Positions 51,457 to 62,752 of a stretch of 64,000 nucleotides of DNA are shown here, in pieces (the stretch's first letter is position 1; the number at the start of each line of letters is the position of its first letter). The notes under the pieces were generated by a model that saw only the letters and a list, made by a program, of their open reading frames with translations, searched no databases and was not told where the DNA came from. Made by a program: the position numbers and the translations under genes. The DNA is from a bacterium (lineage in GTDB: Bacteria > JADJOY01), in the NCBI GenBank assembly GCA_046331705.1, contig JAXLQJ010000004.1:1-64000 (forward strand). The letters are read 5' to 3'.

Positions 51457-52458
51457 ATGGATCGGTTCGGCAACGAAACGGCTCGGGCGCGTCGCATCGG
51501 ACGGCTCGCGCGGCTCGCGGTCGTGGCGGCGGGCTGCGCGGTTCTCGTCACGACGCTGGTCGTGGGCACGTCGCCTGGACGCTGCCGCCACCCGATCCCG
51601 AGCGCTTCCGGGTTCCCGCCAAGTACCTGCCCCGGCTGCCCGGGACGCCCGCCCCGCCGATCGTCCCCGAACCACCCGCGGAAGCGGCAGCGGAGGACCT
51701 GGGTCACGGGATGCCGCGCATGCTCGCGCCTCGCGCCCCGAGCGCCCGAGCCCGTCGTCGCGCCGAGCGCCGCCCTGGACCCGCCGCCGTCACGTGCCGG
51801 GCTGCTGGAGGTGGATGGCGCTGGCCATTTCCGGCCCACTCCCGGCGCGATCCAACTCTTCCGCGAGATCCACGACGAGCCTGGCGATTGGCGCCGCGAG
51901 CAGGCGCGTCAGGCGATCGAGGCGACGATCGATCGCGAGCTGGCGGCACCCGCGGCGAGCGGGCACGCGACCTCCTCGATCGCTACTTCCGCTACGTCGA
52001 CGCCACGCGAACGCTACGCCCGCGGGCCGGTTTGTGCGTGCGCTGGCCGAGCGGCTCGCCGGGACCCGCGCGATCGAGCGCACGATCTTCGGCGACGCGC
52101 TGGCCACCCCGCCCTCGCCGACCCGGAGCGCGATGCCAGCGAGGCGGCGCTCGCCTGATCCACCGCGTGGACCCATCGCTGGCGCCATCCCCCGGACGAT
52201 CGCCCCACGATCGGCTCCCACGAACCGCGCCGAGTGGGGTGGCCGCCGCGCCGCGCGCCACCGACGCCACGTAGGACGCGCGCTTCGCCGCCTACCGCGT
52301 CGAGCGCGACGCGTCCTCGGCGATCCGTCACTCGATCCGTCGAAGCGGGTGGACGCGCTCAATCAGCTGCGCGAGCGCCACTTCTCGAGGACGAGTTCCG
52401 GCGCGCCGCCGGCCTGGATCGCCTGGACGTGCTCTTCCCGCCGTCCAAGCGCCCGTGA
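51457..52458 (+). CDS. Lipase-specific foldase (Lif/LipB-like), frameshifted
   Basis: N-terminal TM, Pro linker, PPS..GLLEVDGAGH, DLLDRYFRY, FAAYRVERDRVL.DPSL..RVDALNQLRERHFS.DE. Confidence 0.7.
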
Positions 52459-52493
52459 CCCGCAGCGGGACGGCTCAGGGCGGCCGGAAATTG

Positions 52494-53940
52494 TCAGGCG
52501 CCACCGCGATGCCGTTTGCGCCCAGGCCGTTGGTCAGCAGGTTCAGCGTCCGATTGCTGGTGGTAGAAGATCACGAAGCGTTCGCCGAGCTGGACGACCG
52601 GGGGCTCGGCTTCGTCGACGATGAAGAGGATTGAGCGAGTTGCTCGATCCGGGCCAGTACCGTCGCCGGGGTCGCCTTGCGCGTGCCAGGCGGCGCCAGC
52701 TCGTTGCCGGCCTCGGTGCAGAAACCGTCCGGGCCGTGCAGCGCATCGAAGATCGGCTGGATCGCGCCGAGCAAGCACGCCAGATCGTCGTTCGACACGC
52801 ACAGCGAGAATGCTCGGCGAGCACCGGATTGACCTCGTTCGCCGTGTCCGGGAAATACGCACCTCGGTGGAGGCTTTCTCGAAGTGGATGCCGTCGCTCG
52901 ACCACGCCACACCCGCGCTCGATCACCGCGTCGTAGTCGTCGATCAGCGGCCCGGGTTTCCGGTGGTAAGGGGATGAAGAGGTCGCCCGGATCGGACCGC
53001 GATCGAACAGGACCGTGAACCAACCGAACCCGAGCTGGGATCGTCGAGCGCTGGAACTCCCGGATTGGTCTGCTCCTTCGGCCCGTGAACGACGGCGTCA
53101 CGATCGCGCCCGCCGCCTCGCCGGTGCGACCATCGAGAGCCCCACCCGCGTCCAGTGGACGCCGTCCGTGGAGTGGCGACGCCGATCGAGCGACTCCCGA
53201 ACCGATCGCCGTCGAAATAGAGCAGCCACGTACCATCCGGGCGCTGCACGACGGCGGGCGATCCGACGTTGCCGGCGTCCCAGCCCTGCGCGAGCGGCGT
53301 GAGCAGCGGCTCAGGCGCCCGTGCGCTCTGCTCGCGACCGTTCGGACCCACGCGCCGCCGGGGGCGACCGTCGGCGCTCACGGCGAGACCGATTCCGTCG
53401 CCGTTTCCACCCGCGTAGTACATCGCGTAGGTCGTGGGCAGCGACGGGTCGACGCCCGATAGCGAGGCGCCCTGCACCACGGTGCGCCCGACGACGCCTT
53501 CGAACCCGCCTGTCGACGAGGAGTAGAGCACGATCGCGTCGTCCAAGACGGCGACCGTCGCCGGACGGCTGATCGTCCTCGAGGCCCGAGCACGACTCCG
53601 CGCGCCGGATCTCGCTGCGCAGCGCCCGGTCCTCGTAGAACACCGTGAGGCCGCTCGCATCCGACACCACCGAAGGCTCCGCCATGTAGTGGCCTGACGC
53701 CGCTGCCGAGGAGCACCGGTTGGAGGCTGAGATCGAGGACGCTCCCGGCGGCAAGCTTCTCATCCGCGCAGACCGCGTCGTGCCCGGCCCAGGGACCGAT
53801 TCCTGCGACTGGCGGGATGTTCTCCTGATGCCGCGGCTCTCCTCGCCTTCTCGGCGAGATAACCGCAGCCGGTGAGCGCGACGAACGCGGCCGCGGCGGC
53901 AACGGCTTCAAGGCCGGCGCGACGCGCCGCTCGGACGCGA
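52494..53940 (-). CDS. Lipoprotein with glycosidase-like five-bladed beta-propeller repeats, frameshifted
   Basis: Lipobox VALTGC; AEPSVV, YAMYYAG..IGLAVS.DG, GWD..VGSPAVV..DGTWLLYFDG, DDPS, AWSSDGIHF; ends approximate. Confidence 0.55.
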
Positions 53941-53944
53941 CGTG

Positions 53945-55333
53945 CGGTGCTGCGCGCGAGGTTTCTCGAGAGCATCAGAATCGCACCGTCGCCTGGATAC
54001 CCGCCACCGACACCGAGGCCGCCGATCCGCAGGTCGCCGTACGGCGACAGGCCGAGATCGTCTTCACGATGGCTCGCGGTCTCGAGGACGTGGATCTGCA
54101 TTAGCAACCGTCGATCGTAGGCAGCTTCGGCACGAAGCGACTCAATCGCCTTGAAGGAGTGGAACCGAAGCCCAGGCCGATGACAACCGCGGTGTCCAGG
54201 AAGTTCGTGAGGCCGCGGTCGGGACGGAGCATGGCGCTGCATGCCTTGCCCGGCGCGCAGTGATCGAGATCCGCATCCGAAGCCGCGAGCCATTCCCACA
54301 CCGAGCGAGGGCACCGCGATGTCGCGGGCGGGCGGCGCGATCGGCAGGAACACGCGGAACAGCAGGATGAGCCCCGCGAGCCCACCCTCGAAGGTGGGGG
54401 TCGCGGCGGAAGGTCGCGGGAAACTCAGGTAGTCGTACCAGCTCACGTCGACGTCCACGGTGAGACGTTCGCCGGTGTACGCCCCAGACGGCACAATGCC
54501 GGGCTGAAGAAGAGCTCCGCATCGTTGGGCAGCACGAAGCGGGTGTCGGCGAGCGTGAGGCCCAAGCTCGATTTCCTGGATGGTCACCAGGAACGGCGCC
54601 GCGAGGTGGGCCTTGATCTCGGCGCGGTAGGAGAGGCCGATCACCAGCGCTCGTCGGCGTGAACGTCAGCCCCACCGTCGGCGAGCACCGGGTCCTGCAC
54701 GGCGCTCGCGAAGGCCGGCTCTGCGGCTCGAGCTGATCCGCGTCGAGGGTCGCTCCAGTCGTTCGAGGATCGAGGGTCCTGGACAGGGTGAAGTCGAGCT
54801 CGGCGCTCGAGGTGTCGAGAATGCCGGAGACCAGCGCCCACCGACAACCAGCTCGTGACCTCGAGCGCCCCCGCCGCCATCACCACGAGTCGCTGGTTGC
54901 GCGTGCCGTAGTAGAGGAATTGCGGCTGATCGAGCGGCAGCGCCAGAGCCGTGCGGCGCGCTGCGCGAGCACGTAGACCAGCGCTCCGATGGCCACGCGG
55001 TAATCGAAGAAATCCGTCGGATACAGCACGCCGAGCAAGGTGCCCACGTAGTCGGCTGGTCGTCGATGTCGCGGCCGTTGATCTCGAGCGAGAGGTCCCG
55101 TGTACGCGCCGCTGACCGAGATCTCGGTGGCGTCCGCCACGCGTTGAGCCGCAGGTTGTAGAAAGGTCAGGCGTCGCCTCCGCTGGCGACCGTGGCGAGC
55201 ATCGCGCCGGCGCCCGGCGCCGATATTGAGGGTCTCGAACAGGTTCGCGCGCGCTGCGCTCGCGCCGAGGAACGGCGACGAGCACCCAGGCGACCGTCGC
55301 GCCGGCAACCGGGCGGCGCGTGGCCGGGCTCAT
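53945..55333 (-). CDS. FadL/OmpP1-like outer-membrane lipid channel no. 2, frameshifted
   Basis: Signal peptide; FYN.AA; LDQPQFLYYGTRNQRL..ALEVTSWLSVGAG; GLSYRAE; VDVSWYDY; ATGA overlap with the upstream gene. Confidence 0.6.
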
Positions 55334-56753
55334 CGCCCCACCTCGCCGAACGTGGTGCTGGCCGTGAACATCGGCACGAACACGTCCGCCTCGCCGCGGA
55401 TCGACGGATAGGACAGGTCCGCGATGGGATGGCCCGCCGCGTCGGTGAGCGGCGGGAACATGGCGGATTGCCGTCGATGACGAAGAGCGGGTTGACCGCT
55501 CCTTGTGGTGCACCGTCGCCGCGATCACGTCGTACTGGATCGCAGCGTCGAAGCGGACCGCGGAATCCTCGGTCAGGTCACCGAAGACGGGCAGCTCGCG
55601 CAGCGCTGCGCCCACCGCGGAGCAGATGACGGTCACCGTCGAGGTAGGTCGTGAGCGCGGTCTGCTCGGGAAAGGGAGTGGGCTCGAAGGCGCCATCCCC
55701 GCGCAGCCGAAGTCGTTCTTCTCGCCGTGCCGCCGCCACTCGATTCCACCCGCGGCGTCACCGTACATCCTTGGTGCGCGGGTCGGCGTTGAACGCGTCC
55801 TTGAGATCGATGGGCACGATCGGGATCGTGACGTCGAGGTCCAGCTCAGCGTGGGCGGCTGATAGCCCGACCATTGGTTCGACACGTCGACAGCCACCGT
55901 GAGGTCCTCACCCATAGTGGGCGAACCCGAAGCACGACCTGCTGCGGCCGAGTAGAACAACGGCTCGCCGAGGTCGATGTTGAGCAGGATCGGCCCCAAC
56001 GTGACCGTGAACGGGGATCTGCAAGGGAATCGAGAACGCGTCGCGCCACGTGACGCCGACGCTCCACGCCGCGAGATCCTCGGCGATCGATCACGCCGGC
56101 CGTCGCGCGCACCACTGGCTGGATCTCTTGATCGATGGTGGTGTGCGCGTCGTCCACGCCGTCCGCGCCGCGCACACCGGTGGGGATCTCCGAGATTGCC
56201 GCCCACGTCCGCGAAGAACACACAGCCGAGGCCCGGCGAGCCCGTCCGCGATCTTCACGCCCACCGCCGGCTGGGTCACCACCAGCTCGGTCTGGCCCCG
56301 GAAACAGCACGTATTGCGGCACAAGCTCTCGGGCACCTGCGCGTTCAAGAGGTGCGGAAAGCGGTGTAGAAGCCCACCCGAACCCCACGCGCTCGTGCAG
56401 GGCGTCGGCGAACAGGATCGAAGCGCATGCCACCGTACGCGCCGAGCGGCGTCGATCGGGAACGCATCCGGGTCGCACCGATCCCTCGGGGATCGGCGCG
56501 GGATTGGTCGCGCGCGTCTGGAAATCGCCGTACTGAAGGCCGATCTGTTCGGCGAGGCGAAGCGACGCCAACCAGGTTGTAGTACGATAGCGGTGTAGTC
56601 GTCGACGTGACCGGCCATCGCGCCGCCCATCGCCACCGCGCGGGCGCCGGCCGAGGTCGTGAAGTCGTTGGCCCACCGTAGGCGGGCAGGCCACGGCCGC
56701 GAGCACCAGCGCGCCGAGCGCCGTTCGAACGAAAGCGAGACGAGCCGGGACAT
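55330..56753 (-). CDS. FadL/OmpP1-like outer-membrane lipid channel no. 1, frameshifted
   Basis: GARAVAMGGAMAG..DD.T...YYN N-terminal hatch motif; PQYVL; P.FYS; amphipathic beta strands. Confidence 0.65.
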
Positions 56754-56794
56754 GGGGGGGCCGGCGCATCCTGCAAGGTGCCCTGCGCGCGCAA

Positions 56795-56811
56795 GGTGCG
56801 CGTCGCTGCCG
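56795..56811 (+). repeat. Left copy of the 17-bp target-site duplication
   Basis: GGTGCGCGTCGCTGCCG, identical to 58136-58152. Confidence 0.9.
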
Positions 56812-58135
56812 TGTGAGCACATGATCTGTCCGCTCCGAAGAGCAAGTGAAGTGTCCGCTTTCGGCGTTCGGAGGTGAGGCGGTCCCAAGGGGATGCTGCC
56901 GATGCTCTACGGTCCGACCGCGCTGGAGCGGGCGATGCGGATTCGTGAGGTAGTGGCTGAGCGATGAGCGAGGAGATCAATTGGATCCAGGCCGACGCCT
57001 CCTGGGCATGGATCCAGATTATACTGCGTCGGTGGAAGGCGCGCTTCGAGAGCCACGGGTACGACGGCGCTCGACCGTCGCCGAGGTCGGCCCTCGAGGC
57101 CGCCCACCGCCCGCGGCGGAGCTCGAGCGTGCTGCGGCTGTACCGCGACACCTACGGCTTCAACGTCCGCCACTTTTTCACCAGATCGCGCAGCAGAGCA
57201 TGCGGTGACGCTTTCGTACGACGGTGAAGACGGCGCTGCAGGCGGCTGGCCTGGGTACGCCGACGGCGGTCGCGGGGGCGGCACCGTCGTCGCCGCGGTG
57301 AGCAGGGCGAGATGCTGCACCTCGACGGCAGCCCCCACGCATGGCTGGCGCTGTGCCCCGACGAGAAGCAGACCCTGATCGCCCTGGTCAATGATGCCAC
57401 CAGCGAGCTGCTCTACGGTCGGATCGAGGGCGAGCACGGACACGGTCGCCAACGAGTTCAAGGCGGTGTTTGACGAGGTCTGCCGATGACGCTCTATACG
57501 GATCGCGCGAGCTGGGCGGCGATCACGCGTCGTGCCGGCGAGGCGCCCGATCCGACGGTGGATACGGTCGGCCGCGCGTTGGATCGCTTGAGATCGAGCA
57601 CATCCGGGCGCGCTCTCCCCAGGCGCGAGGCCGATGAACGGGCGAACCGGACGTTGCAGGGACCGCCTGGTCAACGAACTACGGGTGGCCGGGATCACCC
57701 CGTGGTCGACGCCAACCGCTTTACCTCGGGAGCTTGGTTTCTCGATCCGGATACAACCGATTGTTTGCGCGCAACTCGGACCCGCGTCGGCCTTCGTGGG
57801 GCTGGGGGGCGTGGACCTGAATCAGGTGCTGTAATGCGAACACGAACAGGTCGTGGGCAAGGACAACACCGTGGTCCTGGAGAAGGTGCGGCTGCAGATC
57901 GCCAAGCAGCGCGGGCGTCGCAGCTGCGAAGAGATGCAGGTCCTCGTGCGGCGGCACTTGGACGCCAGTCACACGGTGTGGCGAGCCGAGCAATGCCTCG
58001 GACAGGTTGAACAGCAGGCGGCAACCCTCTACCCTTGCTTCGCGCACCGACCCCTCGAAGTCGGTCAGAACCACCGAGATCTGACCGGACAGATCACTTG
58101 TCAAAACCACCGGACACTTTCACTTGCTAACAACA
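56812..58135 (+). mobile_element. Insertion sequence, IS1202 family (formerly ISNCY), 1324 bp
   Basis: 5'-TGT...ACA-3' termini; tandem subterminal repeats (CAAGTGA..TGTCCG) inverted between the ends; flanking 17-bp direct repeat; DDE transposase inside. Confidence 0.88.
56893..58084 (+). CDS. DDE transposase (HTH plus rve), frameshifted
   Basis: INWIQA..RRWKARFE..G HTH; GEMLHLDGSPHAW; VNDATSEL; LYTDR; SPQARG..ERANRTLQ.RL. Confidence 0.82.
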
Positions 58136-58152
58136 GGTGCGCGTCGCTGCCG
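58136..58152 (+). repeat. Right copy of the 17-bp target-site duplication
   Basis: GGTGCGCGTCGCTGCCG immediately after the terminal ACA. Confidence 0.9.
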
Positions 58153-58219
58153 CGTCGCTGCCTTTCCTCACGCAACCCACCGCGTGGCAACATACCCGTC
58201 GGGGGAAGGAACCGAAACC

Positions 58220-59588
58220 ATGCCATCGATGCGATCGTCGACTCTGGGTCGTCGCGCTGCTGCTCGCGCCACTATCGGCGCTCTCCGTGACCGCTGGATT
58301 CAGCGGCTGGAGGAGCAGCGACTCGTCCAGCACGCCGACGCCGACTCCGAGCCCACGGAGCCGGAGCCGACCCCCGGGCCCACCGGAACCCACCCCGAGC
58401 CCAGCGACGACCCCACCGCCACCAACCACGACATCGTGGTCGGCGCCGAGTTCACGGACGTCGGCCCGCACCAGCTGGTTCGCACCCAGGCCAACGTGCT
58501 CTACGTGGTGGTGCCCACCTGCCAGGCGTTCTTCCCCCAACTGCGGCGACACCGAGCTCAAGGTCTACGGCGCCACCGGCGCCGGCACGCCAGTGGTTTT
58601 CAGCGAGCGCGACGGTGCGCACGCGCCGAGCGGCCGCATCGGCTCGAGCGCCATCGCGATCGACGCCGACGATCGGATCCACGTGCTCTGGAACGACGTC
58701 GGCGGCAACGCGCGCTACGGGCTCTTCGACACGCGCACGGACCGCTGGGGCGATTCGGAAGTGCTCGACGCCGCCAACTGGACGGACTTCCCGCCAGGGC
58801 GACCAGGGCGTGGCGCTGGCACTCGACGCGAACGGCGCGCCGCACGCCGTGTGGAGCTACCGCGGCGAGGACGGCCGGCTGCACCTGCGCTGCGAACCGC
58901 ACCGGCGGCAACTGGCACCAGCGGCGCGACCTCGACGACGTCGTCGATTGCGACCCCAATCCGACGTGCAGCGCCTGGCATCCGCCATCGCCTTCGCGCC
59001 CAACGGCGCGCTCCTGGTGGCCTGGCTGAGCGGCACCGGCGCCTGCACCCAGGACGGCACGATTCGCGTGCGCCGCCGTGAGCCGGACGGAAGCTGGGGC
59101 GACTCGACGCGCATCGGCGAGCAGGCGCGGCGGCCTCGACAGCAACCCTCGATCCTGGTCACCGCCAACGGCGTGGTGCATCTGACGTTCTGCGGCCGCG
59201 GCAATCGCATCCGCTACTGGTACGACGACGGGCGAGGGCTTCCGCGGCGACCCGCCAGCCGCGGACCAAGGTCGCGCACAATCCCCGCGCTCGACCCGGA
59301 TACGGCTGGCCGATCGTCTTCATCTACGGCCACGCTTTGCCGTTCCAGGCATCGGCGACATCGGCGAGGACCTCTTCTATTTCCACAAAAGGCCAAGGGG
59401 AGACGAGCTTCAGCGGCTGGACGCTCTACACGCCCGCCGGGAGCTACGACTCGTGGTCTCGACGCCGCTGGGCTCAGTTCTTCCACCACCACCCGGAGCA
59501 GATCGACGTGGCCTACTGGGCGGATTCGTATCCCAACGTGACGCACGTGGGCGTCAACGAAGCGCGTCTCGACGCGCTCCTCGCGTGA
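58220..59588 (+). CDS. Exported BNR-type beta-propeller protein with Pro/Thr linker, frameshifted
   Basis: GGAAGGA RBS; signal; PTPTP linker; repeats AIAIDADDRIHVLW, ALALDANGAPHAVW, AIAFAPNGALLVAW, SILVTANGVVHL. Confidence 0.6.
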
Positions 59589-59599
59589 TCGGCGCGCCT

Positions 59600-62500
59600 G
59601 CCCACCGATCCACCCGCCGCGGAACTTGTAACTCGCGGCCATCGCGCTCGCGCTGATCGTCGCCGCCGCTTGCAGTGGCAGCGATGCCGCAGGGGCTTCG
59701 CCTCACGCCAGCGGGCAGCGGGCCGCGGGTGGTCTGAGACCCACAGCACCGGCCCACCTCGGACGTCCCTTCCCCAACGACCTGGTCACGGCCCGCCAGT
59801 CCAGCGCCCCCACCGGCCGCCGGCTCAACGTCCGCGATTGGGCCCCGACGAGCCTCGAGCGTCGGATTCGCTGCTGTAGATCGACCGCCTCGACGGCTTC
59901 AGCACGTTCGCGCCGATCACATGTTCGACGCTCCCATCGACCTCGCCACGGCCAACTCCGACACCATCCGCGTCGTCGACATCCCAGCCCGGCTCAGCGC
60001 GGCCGGCGAGCTGCACCGCTCGACATCGGCGGCGGCAGCTTCGATCGAGATCACGCCGTGGGCGACCCGCCTTGATCCGCACGGCCACGCCAGCTGCTCT
60101 TCGATCCACGCTTCGGCGACATCCACGTCGGCTTCGCCGACCACAACGCCAGACCAGCACCTCGTGATCCGGCCCCTCGTCCCGCTCGATCCCGCCAGCG
60201 AATACGCGGTGGTGCTCACCGACGGGCTCCGCGACGCGAGTGGCCAGGCCGTGCGCTCGCCGTTTCCGTACGTAGATCGTTGAGGCCGGAAGCCTGACGC
60301 GCCTTGGTGCCGCATGTCAGGCGGGTCGAGCGGCAGCACATCGCCTTCGCGTGGACCTTCACCACCCAATCCGTCACCCGCGAGACCGAAGCGCTCGCCG
60401 CCAGCATTCGCGGCGAGCTCACTGGGCTGGCTGGCGACGCTATCAGCCGAGATCCCTCACCGTCGACAGCATGGAGACCCAGCTCGACACGCTCTTCTGC
60501 GGCGGGCCCGGCTTCCGAAACGAATCCGTGCGTCGACAACGTCCACATCCTGCAGGCCGAGATGCTCGACTTTGCCTTCCTCGAAGAGCCGCTGCTCGGC
60601 ACGCCCGAGGGCAACGCGCTGGTGGCGAGCTTCGCGGCTCATGATGGGCGTGGACTTGGGCGAGGACGTGCGGATGATGATGCGCGTCGACGCCATCGAC
60701 TACTTCGTCTTCGGCCGGTTTTCCGCTCTACGATTTCACGGCACCTCGGATCAGCTCATCCACGTGGACACCGCGGCGGGCACCGCGGAGGTGCGCGAGG
60801 AGCTCGGTGCCCGTTTCTGATCGCCATCCCCGGCCGAGCGCGGGACACCACCAGCCGTTCCCGATCGTCCACGCCCACGGCCTGCCGACTTCCGCTGGTC
60901 ATCACCCTCGCCCAGCAGTGGGCGAAGCACGGCTACGCGAGCGTGTGCATGGATACCGTGAACCACTCGCCCGTGATCTCGATCCGCGACGTGCAGATCC
61001 TGCTGGGCTCGGTGGTGGAGGGCGTGGAGGACGGGCTGGTCGCCGGCAACACCCAAGCCGGTGTGCGCCACGCTGGTGCCGAGCGTCCTCGACGATGGCG
61101 AGCCGATCGTCAAGCTCATCGGCTGCGTCTTGTTCGGCCGCTGCGGCGACGAGGCCGGCGGCCTCGACTTCCAGAGCGCGCTCACCGAGCTGCTCAGCAC
61201 CGGGCTCTTCCGCGAGCTCCTGGTGGAAAGGCGCGCGATCGACGCGGACGGCGACGGCAACACCGACCACGGGTATTTCTTCACCCTCGACCTCTTCGAG
61301 TCGCGCGATCGAGTCCGTCAGACGCTCGTCGATCACCTGCAGCTCATGCGGCTCTTGCCGGGCTCGATCAAGCGGCGTCCCCGCCGGCCTCCCCGATCCG
61401 GCGCGCGCCTCGAGCAGGCGCTGCGCCCGCACCTGCTGAGAGCCCGGCGATTTCGACGGCGACGGCGTCCTCGACCTGGGCGGTGCTAGCGCGTACGCGC
61501 GAAACGACGACGGATCGCTGGGCGGGCCCAGCAGTCCTGGCGGTTCTTCCGGACCGGGTTCTCGCTCGGCGGCATCCTCACCTCGACCACCTCATGGCGC
61601 TCCGGGCCGAGACCACCACCGGCGCGGTGGTGGTGCCGAGCGGCGGCATGGCCTCGGACATCCTCCTGCGACTCGATCTGCGCCCGGTCTCCGATCCGGT
61701 GTTCCACGAGCTGCTCGGGCCGGTGGTGGTCGCCGAGCCGAGCGGCGAGGACCCCGAGCGCGTTACGCGCTCTCGTTCCTGGTGCGGAAGAAGCTGGACC
61801 AGATCCCTTCGGCATCGACCCGTCGATGATCGATAACACCTTCCGGGTGCCGGTCGGCAGCTCGTCATTCCAGCCGGCGGGTCGTTGCGTCTCGCCAACG
61901 GCGCGAACGGCGAGAAGGCGAGCGTCGCGATCACCAGCGACGAGCCGGCGACCTCGCCATCGCCGCGGATCGCGGCGGCTGCGCCATCTGCCGAGGCCAC
62001 GCCGCCGAGCAGCGCGGTGGTGGGCACGTTGAGCACCCGGCTCCCGCGACCGGGCTCGGCCTCACCCGCAACTCGCCCGACTTCCGCCGCCTCGTCACCC
62101 TCGGACGAATCCGCTGGCTACTGGAGCCCGCGGACCCGATCAACTACGCGCCCCACTGGTTTCGAGGGCCGCTCGCCGGCGTGCCCGCCAAGAACATCCT
62201 GCATGCTCTCGGTCCCCGGCGACACCTTCGTGCCGATCAACACCCAAGTCGCGGTCGCGCGCGCGGCGGGGCTCTTCGGCTCGGTCGACGACCCCGCTCG
62301 ACGGCAGCCCGCGGACCCTGGAGGAATGCGGCGCGGATCTACTCCGACTGCGACTGCGTGAACCTGACGCTCGCCGCCAAGGAAGTGATGCTCGGCTTCG
62401 ACGAGCCCCCCGAGCACCCGCGCTACGACATCGACGGCCGGGAGCATTGCGGGGGCCTCGGACCGCTGGCAGCGCACCACGGCGCGACGCGGTACTCAGC

Positions 62501-62752
62501 ATGCGCTATCCCTTCGCCAGCCAGCCGTACGGGCGCGAGGCCGACGGCTCGCCTGGTCGCCGGGCGAGCACTGGTTCATGGCCTTCCTCCGACTGGACCA
62601 TCCCGGTGAACTGGGGCATCTACGCGCACCAGGAAGAACCAGATCGCCGCGTTCTTCGATCACGATGGCGGCGAGCCGCCGGTGGATGCGCGTGCCCGGC
62701 TACCAACCACTCGTGCGGGCACCGCGACGCTCCGCCGGACGCCGCGCCATGA
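59600..62752 (+). CDS. Large exported lipase-like alpha/beta hydrolase (Pla-1/cef-type N-terminus), frameshifted
   Basis: PFPNDL, DRLDGFSTFAPI, IRPLVPLDPASEYAVVLTDGLRD, VHAHG, GFSLGG nucleophile elbow (61556-73), DPINYA, GDTFVP; start approximate. Confidence 0.62.

Noticed and set aside
56700..58250. Xer/dif-targeted insertion (ISAba32 subgroup)
   Set aside because: No dif-like site is visible, and the duplication is 17 bp rather than about 5 bp.
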